DNA of 64,000 bases, taken from assembly GCF_009914755.1 (NCBI RefSeq), contig NC_060938.1. One strand, written 5' to 3'. Below are positions 1 to 15,310 of this stretch, piece by piece. The notes under the pieces are model-generated. The model did not search any database. It was not told the DNA's origin and worked only from the letters and a program-made list of their open reading frames with translations. Source of the DNA: the human T2T-CHM13v2.0 reference genome, Homo sapiens. Made by a program: the position numbers and the translations under genes. Position 1 is the first letter of the stretch; each line of letters begins with the position of its first letter.

Positions 1-449
1 AATGCCCTTTTAACCTCCTTGAAGTAGAACGCATATACAGAAAAGTGCACATATCGTAGCTCCATATATTTTCACAGTTGAGCACATGCATGTAACCAGC
101 ACCCAGATCAAGAAACAATTGCCTTTGTGCTCCTGACCAACCTCTTCCCCGACCGTGAATAATGACTATCCTGACTTTTAACAACGGCATGAGTTTTGCC
201 CAGAACACTCTAAACTACAGTAATCACTCCTTCCACCAAATTCCTCTGATTTTCTTATCGGCATCGCTCATTTGGAATTTCCCAATACTCTCTTGTAGAG
301 TCAAATAGTTGTTCTTTTACGTATCTCATCTTTCTAATTATGATTAAAACCTCCTTGAGACCAGGGTTTTGTACATTTTTAGATTCCCCCACACACCTAT
401 TATGGAGGAGCCACTGTAAAGTGTATCTACTTAAGAGTTATTTTCTGGT

Positions 450-960
<511 letters not shown>

Positions 961-999
961 TGTTACTTTAGCCTTTCTTGTTATTCTGTTTTTTTGGCA

Positions 1000-1960
1000 A
1001 ACTTTTTAAAAAGTATAAAATACACAGAAAATAACATAAATCATAAGTTTAAAGTTCAATAGCTTTTTACAAAGTGAAGACATGTAGGTAATTCACTATC
1101 TCAAAAGACAGATCCCCAGAAGACCCCTTTGTACCCCCTTCCTATCACTAACTACCTCTTCCCCCAGGGTAACAATTATTCTGACTCCTAACACCATACT
1201 GTAACGTGCTTGTTTTTGAACTTAGATAAATGAATTCATATAGTATGTTCTCTTTATGTTCATGAGATTCATTCATTTCATTACATGTGATGTGTTAGTT
1301 TGCATTTCTGCATCGTATTCAATTGTGTGAATGTGACACAATTTATCCATGTTAGTGTCGATGGACATTTGAGAGCTAGGCTTCTATGAATATTCTTGTA
1401 CATGCCTTTGATGCACACATGCTTGCTTCTGTCTTGGGTACTCAGGAGCAGAACTGCTCTCTCACTGGATATGCAAAGCGACTATGCCAATTTACACTCC
1501 CACCCACTGTGTATATGTGTTCTGGTTGTTCTACATTTTTACCAACACTGGATACTGCCTGTTATTTTCATTTGAGCTATGACGGTGGGTGTGTGGTGTG
1601 TTATATTGTGGATTTTACTGAACTTTCACTGATGAACACTGAAGGGGTATACCTTTTCATATGTTTATTGGCCATTTGGATAGCCTCCTTTGTGAAGTAC
1701 CTTTTCAAGGCTTTTGTCCATTGGGTGGTCTGCTGTCTTCTTGTTGATCTATAGAAGTTTTTTTTATATATTCAGGATTTGATTTCTTTGTTATTATGTA
1801 TTTATTGCAAATATCTCCTCCTCTTATGCTGCAGCTTGCCTTTAACTTTCTTAATGGTGGCTTTTGCTTAATAGACATTCTTAATTTACATGTGGTTTAA
1901 TTTATCAATTTTTTCCTTTATGGTTAGTCCCTTTTAAGTCTCGTTTAAGATATATTTTTA
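1000..1960 (-). mobile_element. Old L1 (L1M-type) 3' fragment
   Basis: Antisense L1 3'-end motifs (gatggacattt...gctatgaatattcttgtacatg...catatgtttattggccattt); bounds approximate. Confidence 0.7.
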
Positions 1961-2333
1961 AGGGACTTACCTTATTAGAGATTGACTGGTGGGATTGTCA
2001 GTTAAGGTTCCTCACCCTGATGTAGTCACATGCTAACCTAAATCAATGCAAAACTTTTCGCCTGGTATTTGGTTCTTTTGGAAAATGAAAATGAATCTGA
2101 AAATGGTTGTTGCTCATTCATGAAGATAGTGGTACTCAGCAAAAACCAGCTATAACTCCTTGCCAGCGACCCAAGAGCTGATCTAGCTCTGGCCTTTTCT
2201 GAGCTTGGCCTTTCTGCTTGATTATTTAACTTCCCCTTCAACTCTGTGAGCAGCCCCCACCCTCAACTTGCAATACACTCTCCTTTTTAATTTTTTTTAA
2301 TTGCAACCAAAGAATCCTATTGATTCTTTTAAA

Positions 2334-2369
<36 letters not shown>

Positions 2370-2397
2370 CACTCTATTTTATATATACACACACATA
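2334..2397. repeat. Compound microsatellite (CT)n(TA)n(CA)n
   Basis: Directly visible. Confidence 0.9.
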
Positions 2398-2406
2398 CGT
2401 ACTCTA

Positions 2407-2560
2407 TTTTTTTTTTTTTTTTTTTTTTTTGAGATGGAGTTTCACTCAGTCGCCCAGGCTGGAGTGCGGTGGTTTGATTGTGGCTCCCTGCAACCTTCAC
2501 TTCCCAGGTTCAAGTGATTCTCGTGTCTCAGCCTCTGAGCAGATGGGACTACAGGCGCCA
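2407..2560 (-). mobile_element. 5'-truncated Alu (right arm)
   Basis: poly-T followed by gagatggagtttcactc...gggactacaggcg. Confidence 0.9.
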
Positions 2561-2569
2561 TATGCTCTA

Positions 2570-2732
2570 TTTTTTTTAAGAGATGGAGTTTATGTTGTCC
2601 AGGATGGAGTGCAGTGGCAATTCACAGGTGTGATCATGGCATACTACAGCCTGGAACTCCTGGGCTTAAGTGATTTTCCTGCCTCAGCCTCTCAAGTAGC
2701 TGGGACTATAGGTCTATGCCACTGTGCCTGGC
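2570..2732 (-). mobile_element. Fossil Alu monomer (FAM-like)
   Basis: Monomer retaining the 7SL-like segment gtgcagtggcaattcacaggtgtgatc, which dimeric Alu lacks. Confidence 0.75.
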
Positions 2733-3765
2733 TGATGTTCTCTATTTTAATATATGGCACTAAGCACAGAGTTAAAGTCTGATCAGTCACACTGTTCAAA
2801 CAAGAAATTTCACCTTCAGGGATTTCAGTCCTCATCCTTTCACGACTGCAGGATGACTTCCTGACATCCACAGAGATGGTTCTGCCTTGACACCACATTA
2901 GGAAAAACAATGGCATTTTCATCTCATTGGCTCTTAGGGAAATAAAGAAGAGGAAATCCAGTTAAAACTGAGCATCCTCCAATAAAGCAGACAATTAAAA
3001 AAATGCAATAGGACATTAACCCTTTAACAAATTAGCAAGCAAAGTCAGCTCTGCAGCTGTGCCCAAGCAGGATAATTACTATCTTTTTTAGTTGGCACTA
3101 TAGCATCAAGCACTGATTATTTAAATGGGGAGCAAACAATAATTTGGGTGGAATATCATTTAAATAATGAGCACTTCTAAAAGTCAAGTTGATCATGAAT
3201 AGCAAGCATGGGGAGGTGCACACCTATAGAAACTCTGACTGTTATAACTGGAAGGATGTTTGGGGAATCATCTCAGTGATCACTCCCTTAGATCCTCTAC
3301 ATTTCACAAGATATGAGCACAGGCCAGAATTAACAAGAGAAATTTAAAAAACACACAGAAAGAAATTACACCTTCAAGTGAGTCTAAGCTGGTGAGCCGT
3401 GCACAGATTGCACTGATGCAATTATAACATTAGGCATTTCTGGATTGCATCTTTTGGAAGCATTTCAGAACGGTCAGTGTTGTCTTCAGCATGAACTAAG
3501 CAGTAGAAAATCTTCATTCCTTGAGGCTGATTGAGTGTAATTTTTCAAAACAGTCAAAACTCACTTGGACTCAAAGCTAGTGAGTAAATTTCTATAAATT
3601 TATTTTCTTTTTAAAAAAGGGACAATACAAAACAGTATGTAAGAGCCTGGGCTTCAGAGTTAGAGAAATCTGGAATCCAAATGTCACTGGCTGGTGTGTG
3701 ATTTTGAATAGAAAAGCCTAGTTGAGCCTCAATCTTCTTGTAAATGAGAAAGAATTAATAGTCTA

Positions 3766-4174
3766 CTGTTGACACTTGAACCACAGGGGTTTGAACTGCA
3801 CTGGTCTGCTTATATGCAAATTTTCTTCTGCCTCTGCCACCCCAGACAACCCCTCCTCTTCCTCAGCCTACTCAATGTGAAGGAGACGAGGATGATAATC
3901 CACTTACACTTAAGGAACAGTAAATATATTTTCTCTTTCTTATGCTTTCCTTAATAACATTTTCTTTTCTCTAGCTTACTTTATTGTAGGAATGCAGTCT
4001 GTAGTGTATATATAACACAAAAAATATGTGTTAATCATTTTATGTTATTGGTAAGACTTCCAGTCAACAGTTGGCTATTTTAGTAGTTATGTTTTTGGGG
4101 AGTCAAGTTATATGTGGATTTTCTACTGCTTGGGGGTGGCATTCCTAACTCCCGTGTTGTTCAAGGGTCAACTG
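3766..4174. mobile_element. Tigger2a/MER28-type TcMar MITE inserted at a MIR
   Basis: Terminal inverted repeats ctgttgacacttgaaccacaggg / cccgtgttgttcaagggtcaactg, each flanked by TA. Confidence 0.85.
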
Positions 4175-4390
4175 TATCTGATGGGCATGGTTGATAATCA
4201 GATAATATATCTGAAGCTGTTATATCTTTATCTTTTATTTGGACACAGAAGCTAAAGGAAAATGGCTTTTGTCTATTGAATATAAATGGGTTCTGAAAGG
4301 ACTTCCCAAACAGAAATGTATGTTTGAAACACTGTCATTACGCTTACCTGCTCTGGATTTATGCAATCTAGCTCAGACTCAGAAATTATT

Positions 4391-4686
4391 ATTATTTATT
4401 TTTTTGAGACAGAGTTTTGCTCTGTCACCCAGGCTGGAGTGCAGACGCGATCTCAGTTCACTGCAACCTCTGTCTCCTGGGTTCAAGCAATTCTCATGCC
4501 TCAGCCTCCCAAGTAGCTGGGATTACAGACACCCACCACCATGCCTGGCTAATTTTTGTATTTTTAGTAGAGACGGAGTTTTGCCATGTTGGCCAGGCTT
4601 GTCTTAAACTCCTGACCTCAGGTGATCTGCCCACCTCAGCTTCCCAAAGTGCTGGGATTACAGGCATGAGCCACCGTGCCCAGCCT
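4391..4686 (-). mobile_element. AluS, full length
   Basis: Antisense dimeric Alu; agaaattatt on both flanks (TSD). Confidence 0.95.
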
Positions 4687-4958
4687 AGAAATTATTTTTA
4701 AAAGAACACTGAGCAGACAAAACCTAACCCCAGAATTCTACATGCTGAAGGTGGGGCATTTATTCAAGGGTATCCCTCTTGGCGTCTAATAAGGCCTGGC
4801 CACTCATGCTACAACTCTACGTCCATCCCTAATAACCCATGGGCAGGGGAGGGAGCAAAGAAGAGAGGGCAGCTTTTGGTGCAAGGGAGAATAAAAGAAC
4901 TGAGGGAGGAAACAGAAATTCTCAAGAGACAACCAAATTCACCCAGAGGACATGGTTT

Positions 4959-4959
<1 letters not shown>

Positions 4960-4994
<35 letters not shown>

Positions 4995-5001
4995 CATACA
5001 T
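4960..5001. repeat. (TA)n microsatellite
   Basis: Directly visible. Confidence 0.9.
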
Positions 5002-5189
5002 AAAAGGCTATGTCTTCAATATTCTCAAGGGCAGGGAGAATAGGCTGGGCTTCTGATAGGAGTGCTTTATTTGGTTCAGCAACTAGATTAACCTTTCCCT
5101 GGTGTTTGCCTAAAATCTTGCTTTGCCCTGCTTCTATGAGAATGGAAATAGGTTGTCAAAATTCTATAAAAAAAAAAAAATCTCGTTAT

Positions 5190-5340
5190 TTTGACCCATG
5201 AGCCTCAGTATCCTTATCAATAAATGAGGGAAATCATACTTAACTCACAGTACTGTGCAAATTAAATGAGATCTCATGACAAGCATTAATTACACTGGCA
5301 CATGGCAGCTACTTGACAGGTAACAGTTATTGTTATTATT
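5190..5340 (+). mobile_element. MIR relic
   Basis: gagcctcagtatccttatc...attaaatgaga...ctggcacatgg. Confidence 0.65.
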
Positions 5341-6940
5341 GGCTTTAAACAAACAAGGAGGTACCAAATATTAGATCTGAACTATTAAAAAAAAGATAAT
5401 CTATAAAGAAAAAAATTTAGTCTAGTCTGTATAATTCTAGAATTTGCTAAATCTTGGTTTGAACAATATCTATTATATCTTGAATGTATATTTATTGTCT
5501 CCAAATACTTTCTCTATGCCTTCTCATTTATTTACATGTACTTTAAAATTTTACTTAGTTATGATAATTTTTTAAATCACTTAATTATCCTCGAGAAAAT
5601 CTATTAATAAATCCCTAGGTCTAGTGCTCTGCAAATCTGATCCTTCCTTGGAATTGCAGAGCTAGAGCATGAGGTTTCACTACGAAACACTCTAGGCAAT
5701 CCCTAGAGCCATGTATGTAGCTCAGGAATCTTATTTTGTTTTGATCATGATTATGTATCTAACGGACAGGGTTTGGGGAGGAGCTATCCTAAAGAGGGAA
5801 AAAACAGGAACCATTCTTTCTGTCATCATTGCCTCTTCCAAATAATAGGCAGGCATGTATTTCCTGTGGAGAGTTAGGGATAACGTACCAAAGACAGGAA
5901 GAGACTGGGCCAAAGATGGTGGTATCTTATTTGAGAATCCTCTGCACAGATGACCACTCTTACATTTCAAAACAGCAGCTTTCAAACAGTTTTATGTTCA
6001 TGGTCACTTTGGAAGAGTAGCAGGTCAAGAGATTATATATGCAGGACTCTGAATTAGAGCTGGGAGACCTCCCCTTCTGCCACTCAGAAAATTCATTATT
6101 TAATACCCCAGGAATCAATTTCCACACTTTAAAGTGAGGCGGCTGGATTAGATGATCCTGAATTCATCTTGTCTTTAAAACCCTAAAATTCATATATATT
6201 CTTCTTCTACTTTATATTATGAAAGACAACGGTGTAAGTCACCCAACTTTGGCCAGAATGAGTTAAGAATATTACACTGCTTTTGATAAGACACAAATAA
6301 AAGACATAGTAAAATAAAAATTCACATTAAAGATAAAATGTATGTAAATATAGTACCATCCTGCAGTCATTGCCAGGAGAGCTGCCTGCTTGTTTTGTGA
6401 TGGGCCTGCTTGTCATACACTTCTTCTCTTGCACAGAACAGTAACTGTGAACCCTCAAAATGGGTCATTTAATTTCAACCTATGAACAATTAAGACAAAC
6501 TAGAGGGGCAGATAGATGGACCAGTGTGAGCAGCATCTCCTCCCCATTCAATGTGGTCAACATGTGAGTGGCTGGCAGCATTAGGAATAGGCAGTAAGGT
6601 TTACGTAAGACTGAGAAGTCTAATTGCCCTCCAAATAGCTGAGTATCCAGATGTTATTCATGAACTAATTATGGCTAACATTTATTGAGGACTTACTATA
6701 TTCCAGGCCCTAAAATCATGTTTTATATACACATCTCATTTAATATTCAATTATCTCTCCTATTTTGTGTATCAGGATACGCTGCTGCATTGCACTGACA
6801 TCTCTTTCACAGCAGAGATGGACAGGAAACCTCCTGTTTCCTCTCCCCATGCCCTCTTTCCAGGTCCAATGATTCACATTCCTTCCCCTCAAGCCTGAAA
6901 GTCCAGAGGGAATGGAGCTTTTAGGAAGTTTGATATTTGA

Positions 6941-7020
6941 CCTTTGACTTTTCATAGGTGTTTTCCTCTAAATGCAAAGGCCTTTGACTTTTCATAGGTG
7001 TTTTTCTCTAAATGCAAAGG
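6941..7020. repeat. 40-bp tandem duplication, 2 copies
   Basis: cctttgacttttcataggtgtttt(c/t)ctctaaatgcaaagg twice, one mismatch. Confidence 0.95.
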
Positions 7021-7569
7021 ATTTGAGGACTATGTCTCTCTCTTCTATGGTGAGTCAACGGGTGCCACTGATATCCCTCGAGTACTTGTTCCCTATTAGG
7101 CATCAGTGCACAGGGTAGGTTTGAGCTAGGATTTGAGCTAAAAGGCAAGTATATGGACTTGGAGAAGACGGGAAAGTAAGCCTGGGACTTAGATGACCAC
7201 TTCTTGGACAATAGAGCTGAATTTATATTCTTTTTTGTATTGCACCTAGTATTATACCCAGCCACCAACAGGTTAAGAAGCAGTATAATATACCAGAAAG
7301 AGCAATGGAATAGGAGGCAGGAGAAGAGTATGGGAATAGGTCTCTATCACCCTCATTCCTGCCTAATCATCTCTGCTTTGCTCTGCTCTGCTCTGCTCGC
7401 CTCTCTTCCTCACCGAGGCTCCTCCTACCCCAGCAGAACCCCTGATGTTGAGAAGCACCAGATGTCACAAGGGGTGTTTCTAATTTGAGAAGGGTAAAGG
7501 AGAAAAGAAAAGGCTGAATATCTCTTCAAGGTATTATTAAATACAGTAACAATTTTAAAAATCATACAA

Positions 7570-7760
7570 TGAGCCAGGTACTGTACAAAAGAAGATTTCT
7601 TAGATGATCTTATTTCCTTCTCACAAGAATCCTATGACAGAGACATTCTATTAACTCCACATAAAATTGACGAAAATGAGGCACAAGGGTTAAATAACAT
7701 CGCTGCTAGTTGTACAGTTAGGAAGTGGCAGAGCTGAGATTTAACAGAGGCTTTGCCACT
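7570..7760 (-). mobile_element. MIR relic
   Basis: tctcacaagaatcctatga...gaaaatgaggcac...gtggcagagctgagattt. Confidence 0.6.
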
Positions 7761-9553
7761 GAAAAGAAAGGGATTTGCTTTAGAAATAATTCTGTTAAAA
7801 TGTTATTTATTTCCCACAGGTCTAGAAAGAAGCAGATCCCTAGAAAACAAAGAGAATGCTTATAGGAGACTTTCTCTGGAAACGAGTCAGGGGACATGAG
7901 ATAGGAAAGCACTACATTCATACATATTACTTCTGTTTTGCATATTTTTTAAATGAAGGTTGGCCAATTAATATTGCCCAATGAGACATGTGAGCCTTAC
8001 GGTTTGGCTGCTTGTCAACCCAACACAATTATTTCCTGATCTTTAGCCAACACGGCATGTCTCTTCATCAGTAAGTGAATAAGCAGAATGGACCTGTGTG
8101 TGTGTGCACATGCCCACGCTTGTGTACGTAGCATGTGTGCAGCATAGGTGTAAAGCCTGCAGGCACACCTTGCATTCTTGACTAAAATTCCTTCTCCCTC
8201 ATAAGAAGAGAGATTACATGATTGTCTTAGTCATTTTCTTTTCGTGAAATGGTTCTGGGATGGATAGAGTCTGCTGGGATCTAAGCTCCCAACTGGACCA
8301 GGCAAGCATAAAAAGGCAGGCTACTAACACCCACTGTGTCTGTGGGTGCTGGCAAGAAGGGAACCTCAGATAACTATGCAAAGAAAGCCTGACTTTGGCC
8401 ATTAAAGCTAAACACTTAGGGAGAGGAGTCAGAAAAACTTTTACTGGTCTTACCTGCCCATACTCTCTTATCTACACCTGTCTTCAAGGTAACGCAAAGA
8501 GGCTGCTTCACTTCTTGAAGGTGCAGAGCTTATGCTTTCTACTGAAACTTAATTTACATAGTAAAACTCCCCTGAACTACTTCCTCTATAAATTGCAAAC
8601 TCAGAAAGAAGAAAAGAAGTTGTACCTTCTAATTCAATCAACTTCCCCCTAAGTCTTCTGTACCTAGCAGATGAACGTCCATCACACCTCCAACCTAAGG
8701 AATTCTCCCTCTTGCCTCCCAGCATCTAGACTTAGCCTAGCTGCTTAAAATCAAATTGCCCTTCATTGTTTAAACATAACTGATGTAATGGCTAGCTCTG
8801 GTTTCATGATGCATTTGCTTGTATTGACCATAACTACTGGTTTGCAGGAACCTGCCAATCCTTTTGAAAATTGGTAATTTTTTGAAAGCAAAATATTTTA
8901 TGCAATTCAGACCACTTTTTGTATGCACGTAATCATATTTTGGTAGCAAATTCTTTGTGCTATTACACAACGATGCCGGTAAGAATTCTATTTAAGAAAC
9001 ACGTCCTTGCTTGTAAGGCTCGGCAGTCAAAAAAGAAGGACCCTTACAGGCAAACTAATTAAAAGGGCAAAGCCCCGTGTTTTCATTGCTCTTCTTGTCA
9101 TTGTCCTCCTTGTACTCCTCCCTTCCTACCTCTTTCTTTCTCTTTCTGTCTACAATTTCCATTCTACATACTATCTACTATAATCTCCTTCCAGGGCCTG
9201 GCCTCATTCCGTGGTTTCTGTCACAAAAGACTTACCAGTCCAGTCAAGGAAAATCAAAACCTATCTAGTGATTAGATCAAAGACAAGAACCCAGGGAGTT
9301 TTGTTTTGTTTTAATTTCCAGTAGCATATTTTGGGTCTTAGAGGTAGATAATAAAGGAAGAGAAGAAAAACAGAGAAAGTAAATCTTAAGATCCTTGAGG
9401 ACAGAGACTGCAATATAATCATCTTTAGACTCTCCATAAAGCCTGACGCAGCACCTTCTGTTGTTTAGTGAATGTTTACTGCATGACTCCTACGTGCAGA
9501 TACGATGGTGAACAAAACAGATTGGGTGCTTGCTTCACAACTCTTCAGTCTCA

Positions 9554-9922
<369 letters not shown>

Positions 9923-10921
9923 TGAAACAGATCATTCATTACAAAGTGTGGTTAAGTATGATGAAAGAAAATAACAGATTTATTAGGGAACATACTGTGG
10001 GAGTCCTGATCTAGCCTGAGGTTCAAGGAAGGCTTCCCTGATGAAGCAATACTGAAGCAGAGAGGTGATGTGGTGTGTGACTAAGAGTTAGGGAAGAAGT
10101 AAGCGACAGAGCCTTCCAGTGCCTTGCAAATTGTAAGACTTCAATGAAGCAAAGCCTGTGCTACTTTTAAAACAACTGCTTTTTCACATGTAGGAAGAGA
10201 TGTAAGACAAATCCTGGAAATCTCATCCAAGTCTTTCATTTTACATATAGTGAAATTAAAATCCCCATATGAGCTGGCCAAGGCCACTTCCTGGTAGGAC
10301 CAGATGTCCAGGCTTCTGGTGCCCAACCCAGTGCCCTTTTGACTACACTGGCACAAGAACGGCAGTTTCAGTGGCCACACAAACTTCAAGGCAGTGATGG
10401 GGGCCCTTGAAATTTATACAAGATGAAAGGGTTTATCCTATATTCAAATGGTCTATAGTGGGATAAAGATAAAAGCTTTGAAAAATTGAATTCTGTGCTG
10501 TTTGTGAAGAAAGGCTCAATATGTCCAGGTTATTTTTGACAAGATGTATTTGTAAACCAGCAACAAAGAGTGAACCAGGCAGATTTTCCTGCTGGCACGC
10601 AAAGTGAAAACAAGATGTAGATGTCATCATGGTACTGTGGCAAAGTGATCCATCAATCCAAAGTGACAGTTAAGGCCTATTGATTCCATGCATTAACCCA
10701 GCAAGATCCACAATTAGCCCTAAGCTCTGATTATCACCACACCTGAGCCTTCCCTGCCACTTACAGAGATCACAAGAAACAGGCCTGAGTAATAAGCTAG
10801 GCATTTTATTACATGCTGTGAAGCCCCCTGGGAACATAATACCATTTAAGCAACTTTCCTCTGTAGCTTCCTCATGTTCTTCTCTTTACAACACTGCTAC
10901 ACCAAATAAAAATAATACCTC

Positions 10922-11088
10922 TTTGTTTTTTTTTGTTTTGTTTTTAGAGACGGGGGTATTACTCTGTTGCCCAAGGTGGAGTGAAGTGGCATGGCTCACT
11001 GCAGCCTTGAACTCTTGGGCTTTAGGAGTCCTCCCACCTCAACCTCCCAAAGTGTTGGGATTACAGGCGTGAGCCACCATGCCTGGCC
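10922..11088 (-). mobile_element. Monomer-length old Alu (AluJ/FRAM-like)
   Basis: About 165 bp of antisense Alu; flanks taatacctc / taacacctc. Confidence 0.85.
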
Positions 11089-12750
11089 TAACACCTCCAT
11101 TTTGCATTCTTGGTTAGCTTTTCCTTCTCAGTAAACAACGAAGATACAGAGTTGGTTAGAAGAATGGTAAATGCAGAGGAAAACCTACATTCTGGTCCAT
11201 TCTGGCACCTCCAAATTTAGAAGTGAACACAGGCAAGAGTTTTTACTATCACTCTATTTGCTAAGCAATAATAGTAAGAGAAAGTTTTTGAAATGTTGCC
11301 AGGGGTTACATCTCAGAAGAGAGGCCTCGTTTAGAAGACAGAAAAAGATGCTACCAACTACAGATAAAACCTCAATTCCTTCCTCACTCAACACCTCTTC
11401 AAGGGACAAAAGACTGGAAATGTCCCTCAGATAAAAACAAGATCTCTCTCTGCCTTTCCATGATTCTTAGCCCCTGCTTTGTGCTGTCTCTTTGTCTCCA
11501 AAAAGAAGCTGCTTTATTGAAACATCATAGAAAAAACAGTGGTCCCCCCAGACAATGAAGTCGCCTGCATGCAGGCATTTCCAACGTAGGCAGGTGACGC
11601 CGATACTGGCAGAATTCTCAACCTGTTGCTATAGTAGCAGAAAGAATGTGATTCCAGCAGCTCTGCTGAGATCCATATCCAAATCCCTCCTGCTCCCGCA
11701 GAGAACATTAACCCTTCACTGTCCTTTCTCAGGGGCAGAAACACCTGGGAAGAATCCCAAATTTTTCTTATGAGCTGGGTGCTGTAGTCTTAGCATTTGC
11801 TCATTCACTCATTCAATACCTACTTAGGCTCTATTATGCTGGCTCCCAGGTTTTAAGTGGTAAACAGAGCAGACATGGCCCTTGGCATTGAGCAAGAAGA
11901 GGAGGAGGATATGAAATTATTGCTCAAACAACAATATATTATGTAGCATCCATGTATACGGGAGACAATATGATATTTACAGCAAAAACGTCACCAGAAA
12001 GGTAACAACCTATCCAAGATAACCAGCTTATCTATCAGTTGGAGCAGACCCTATATTTTCTGGGCCATTATAATTATTTGATTGTTTGCAATGTGTTAAT
12101 TGGAGAAAAATACCAATAAAAATGCCTGCTCCAATCATATCATGCCTCCTACAAAACATTAGTTAAAACACGTTGTTTAACTACACAAATTTTTTCACAT
12201 AAAACAGAAATAGTATAATCTGTCAGGGAACCACTGTTGAACATGAGGTTATGATCCCTCATTTACAGTCACCAAGCAACAGAAATGGCAGGTGAGGGCT
12301 CAGAAAACATGTAAAAGCAGCACAGTCACAAAGACTTTGTGAGAACTTCTAAATAGTCTCCTCGCCGTCTATTTCAGTGGTCAGGGCAGTAATGAAGAAA
12401 CTTCAGGAAATGCAGTTTAGGAATGACCTATAATCCAGCTTACTTTCTCTAACATTGTGGTATGGAAATCTCACATTGTTAAACACCTTCCTGCTAGATT
12501 TCCTTTTTTCCCATGGAGCACAAATAGTAGGGAGGCGGGGTTTCTTAGGAAGATCAACTCAGTAAGTAATGCTATACTCAGTAAGTAATGCTTGTTTTGG
12601 GAAACAAGGTACTATCAGCAGATTGCCAAGAAAAAGCTGAAAAAACAAGAAGATAGGTGGCTAATCTCAGCTGGCCATTAGATGTGATCTCAGGAAGGTT
12701 ACATAATCCTTTGTACTTCAGTTTCCTCACAGGTAAATTTGATACACCAC

Positions 12751-13470
<720 letters not shown>

Positions 13471-14003
13471 CACATATATTGAAAGGCACAGAATGATCAA
13501 TAGCAAAGCCTATAAATTAGTGGCCTAAAATAAAGTGCTTTATTCTTCTTCTTAGTGTCACCATAAAACATAATTTCTGCCCTGGAGAATATCTGAGAAT
13601 CTCAATCATATGTGACAACACTGGTTTCCTGTCTCAATGAGAGAGGCTTAGGCACAAGCCTTTCACAAAATAAATCAGGGAAAGATGTGCCATCAGGAAG
13701 GGACAGTCTCACCCAAATCTCTTTTAACCACTGCAATGTTGGGCTCGGCTATGGGAAAAGGTCCCAGTGTTCAGAGTAGATGGAAACTCATACCTTTTCA
13801 CCTGAGAAAAACGGGATGACAATAAGGGGATATCATGTGATCTAAAGTAAAGACACCACACACATAATACCCCTCCTGGAACTGGGAAGTGGATAACCAA
13901 GCCCAGTAACCCATAATCTTTACATTTTAGAGGATACAGTGGGAATGGAAACAGAGGCATTCTACAGGAATTCCAATGCCATCTCTGCAGCTATCAAGTT
14001 TGA

Positions 14004-14343
<340 letters not shown>

Positions 14344-14559
14344 CAGGAGTTTCTTTCCCTTCAAAATTCCATTAGACAGACCACAGCAGCTATGAGTCCC
14401 CTGCTTACTTCCACATCACGAGGAGCAGAAGACGGCTCCAGAGGATGCACACTTCTCTGCTTCTGGGTTATTCTAGGGTCCAGCTAGGACTTTAGGAGCC
14501 TTCCAAAGCAGGAAAAAATGCAACTCCCTCTTCATACACCCTTCTCCCACTGGGGAAGA

Positions 14560-15310
14560 GTATTTTAATGGCTCTATTTCTTCACTCTTCTCCATATCCA
14601 TGCCCTTTGCCACAAGTATTTGCAGTTTCTCACACTAAAAAAGTGAAATAGGCTGGTCCTGGTAGCTCACGTTTGTAATTCCAGCACTTTGAAAGGCTGA
14701 GGCGGGCAGATCACTTGAGGTCAGGAGTTTGAGACCAGCCTGGTCAACATGGTAAAACCCCATCTCTAGTGAAAATACAAAAATTAGTCAGGTGTGGTGG
14801 CCGGTGCCTGTAATCCCGGCTACTCCGGGGTCTGAGGCACAATAGTCACTTGAACCTGGGAGACGGAACCTGTGATCACGCCACTGCACTCCAGCCTGGG
14901 TGACAGAGTGAGACTCTATCTCAAAAAATATAATAAAAAATTAAAACAAATAAAAAAGTGAAATACATTTCCCTGCCCTGGCGCTGTGCTTGGTCATGTG
15001 ACTTTCCTTGACCAACAGGATGCTAACAGATTAGTGACATTATCAGAAGCTTAAAATGAGCTTGCACACTGTGGCTTGTAGCCCCATCTCTGCCATCTCC
15101 ACGAGAATAACATGCTAAAGGTAGCGGCTGGTGCCAAGGGAAGGATGAGAGACATGGTATAAAGCTACCCGCCTCTAGAGTCCAGCCTAAAATCAACCAA
15201 TTGCCCCCCTCAAACCACAGACACAGTGGTTAGGAAATGCACATTGTTGTATAAAACAGATTTTGTGGTTGTTTGTAAAGCAGCATTATTGTAAGCAACA
15301 ACTGGTACAT
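14560..15310 (+). mobile_element. Old MLT1-family LTR split by an Alu
   Basis: ccatgccctttgcc...ggtcatgtgactttccttgaccaac...gattttgtggttgtttgtaaagcagcattattgt. Confidence 0.7.
14651..14950 (+). mobile_element. AluS with a small right-arm deletion
   Basis: Perfect 15-bp TSD taaaaaagtgaaata at 14636-14650 and 14951-14965. Confidence 0.95.

Noticed and set aside
4239-4701. ORFs such as 4239-4607 and 4417-4701, and similar ones elsewhere (LECSG..., SASQVAGIT...)
   Set aside because: These are standard antisense-Alu translations.
1966-8545. Isolated minus-strand donor-like sites (AAG|GTAAGT near 1970, CAG|GTAAGA near 8455)
   Set aside because: The matching acceptors are weak and there is no coding signal; such motifs are frequent by chance.
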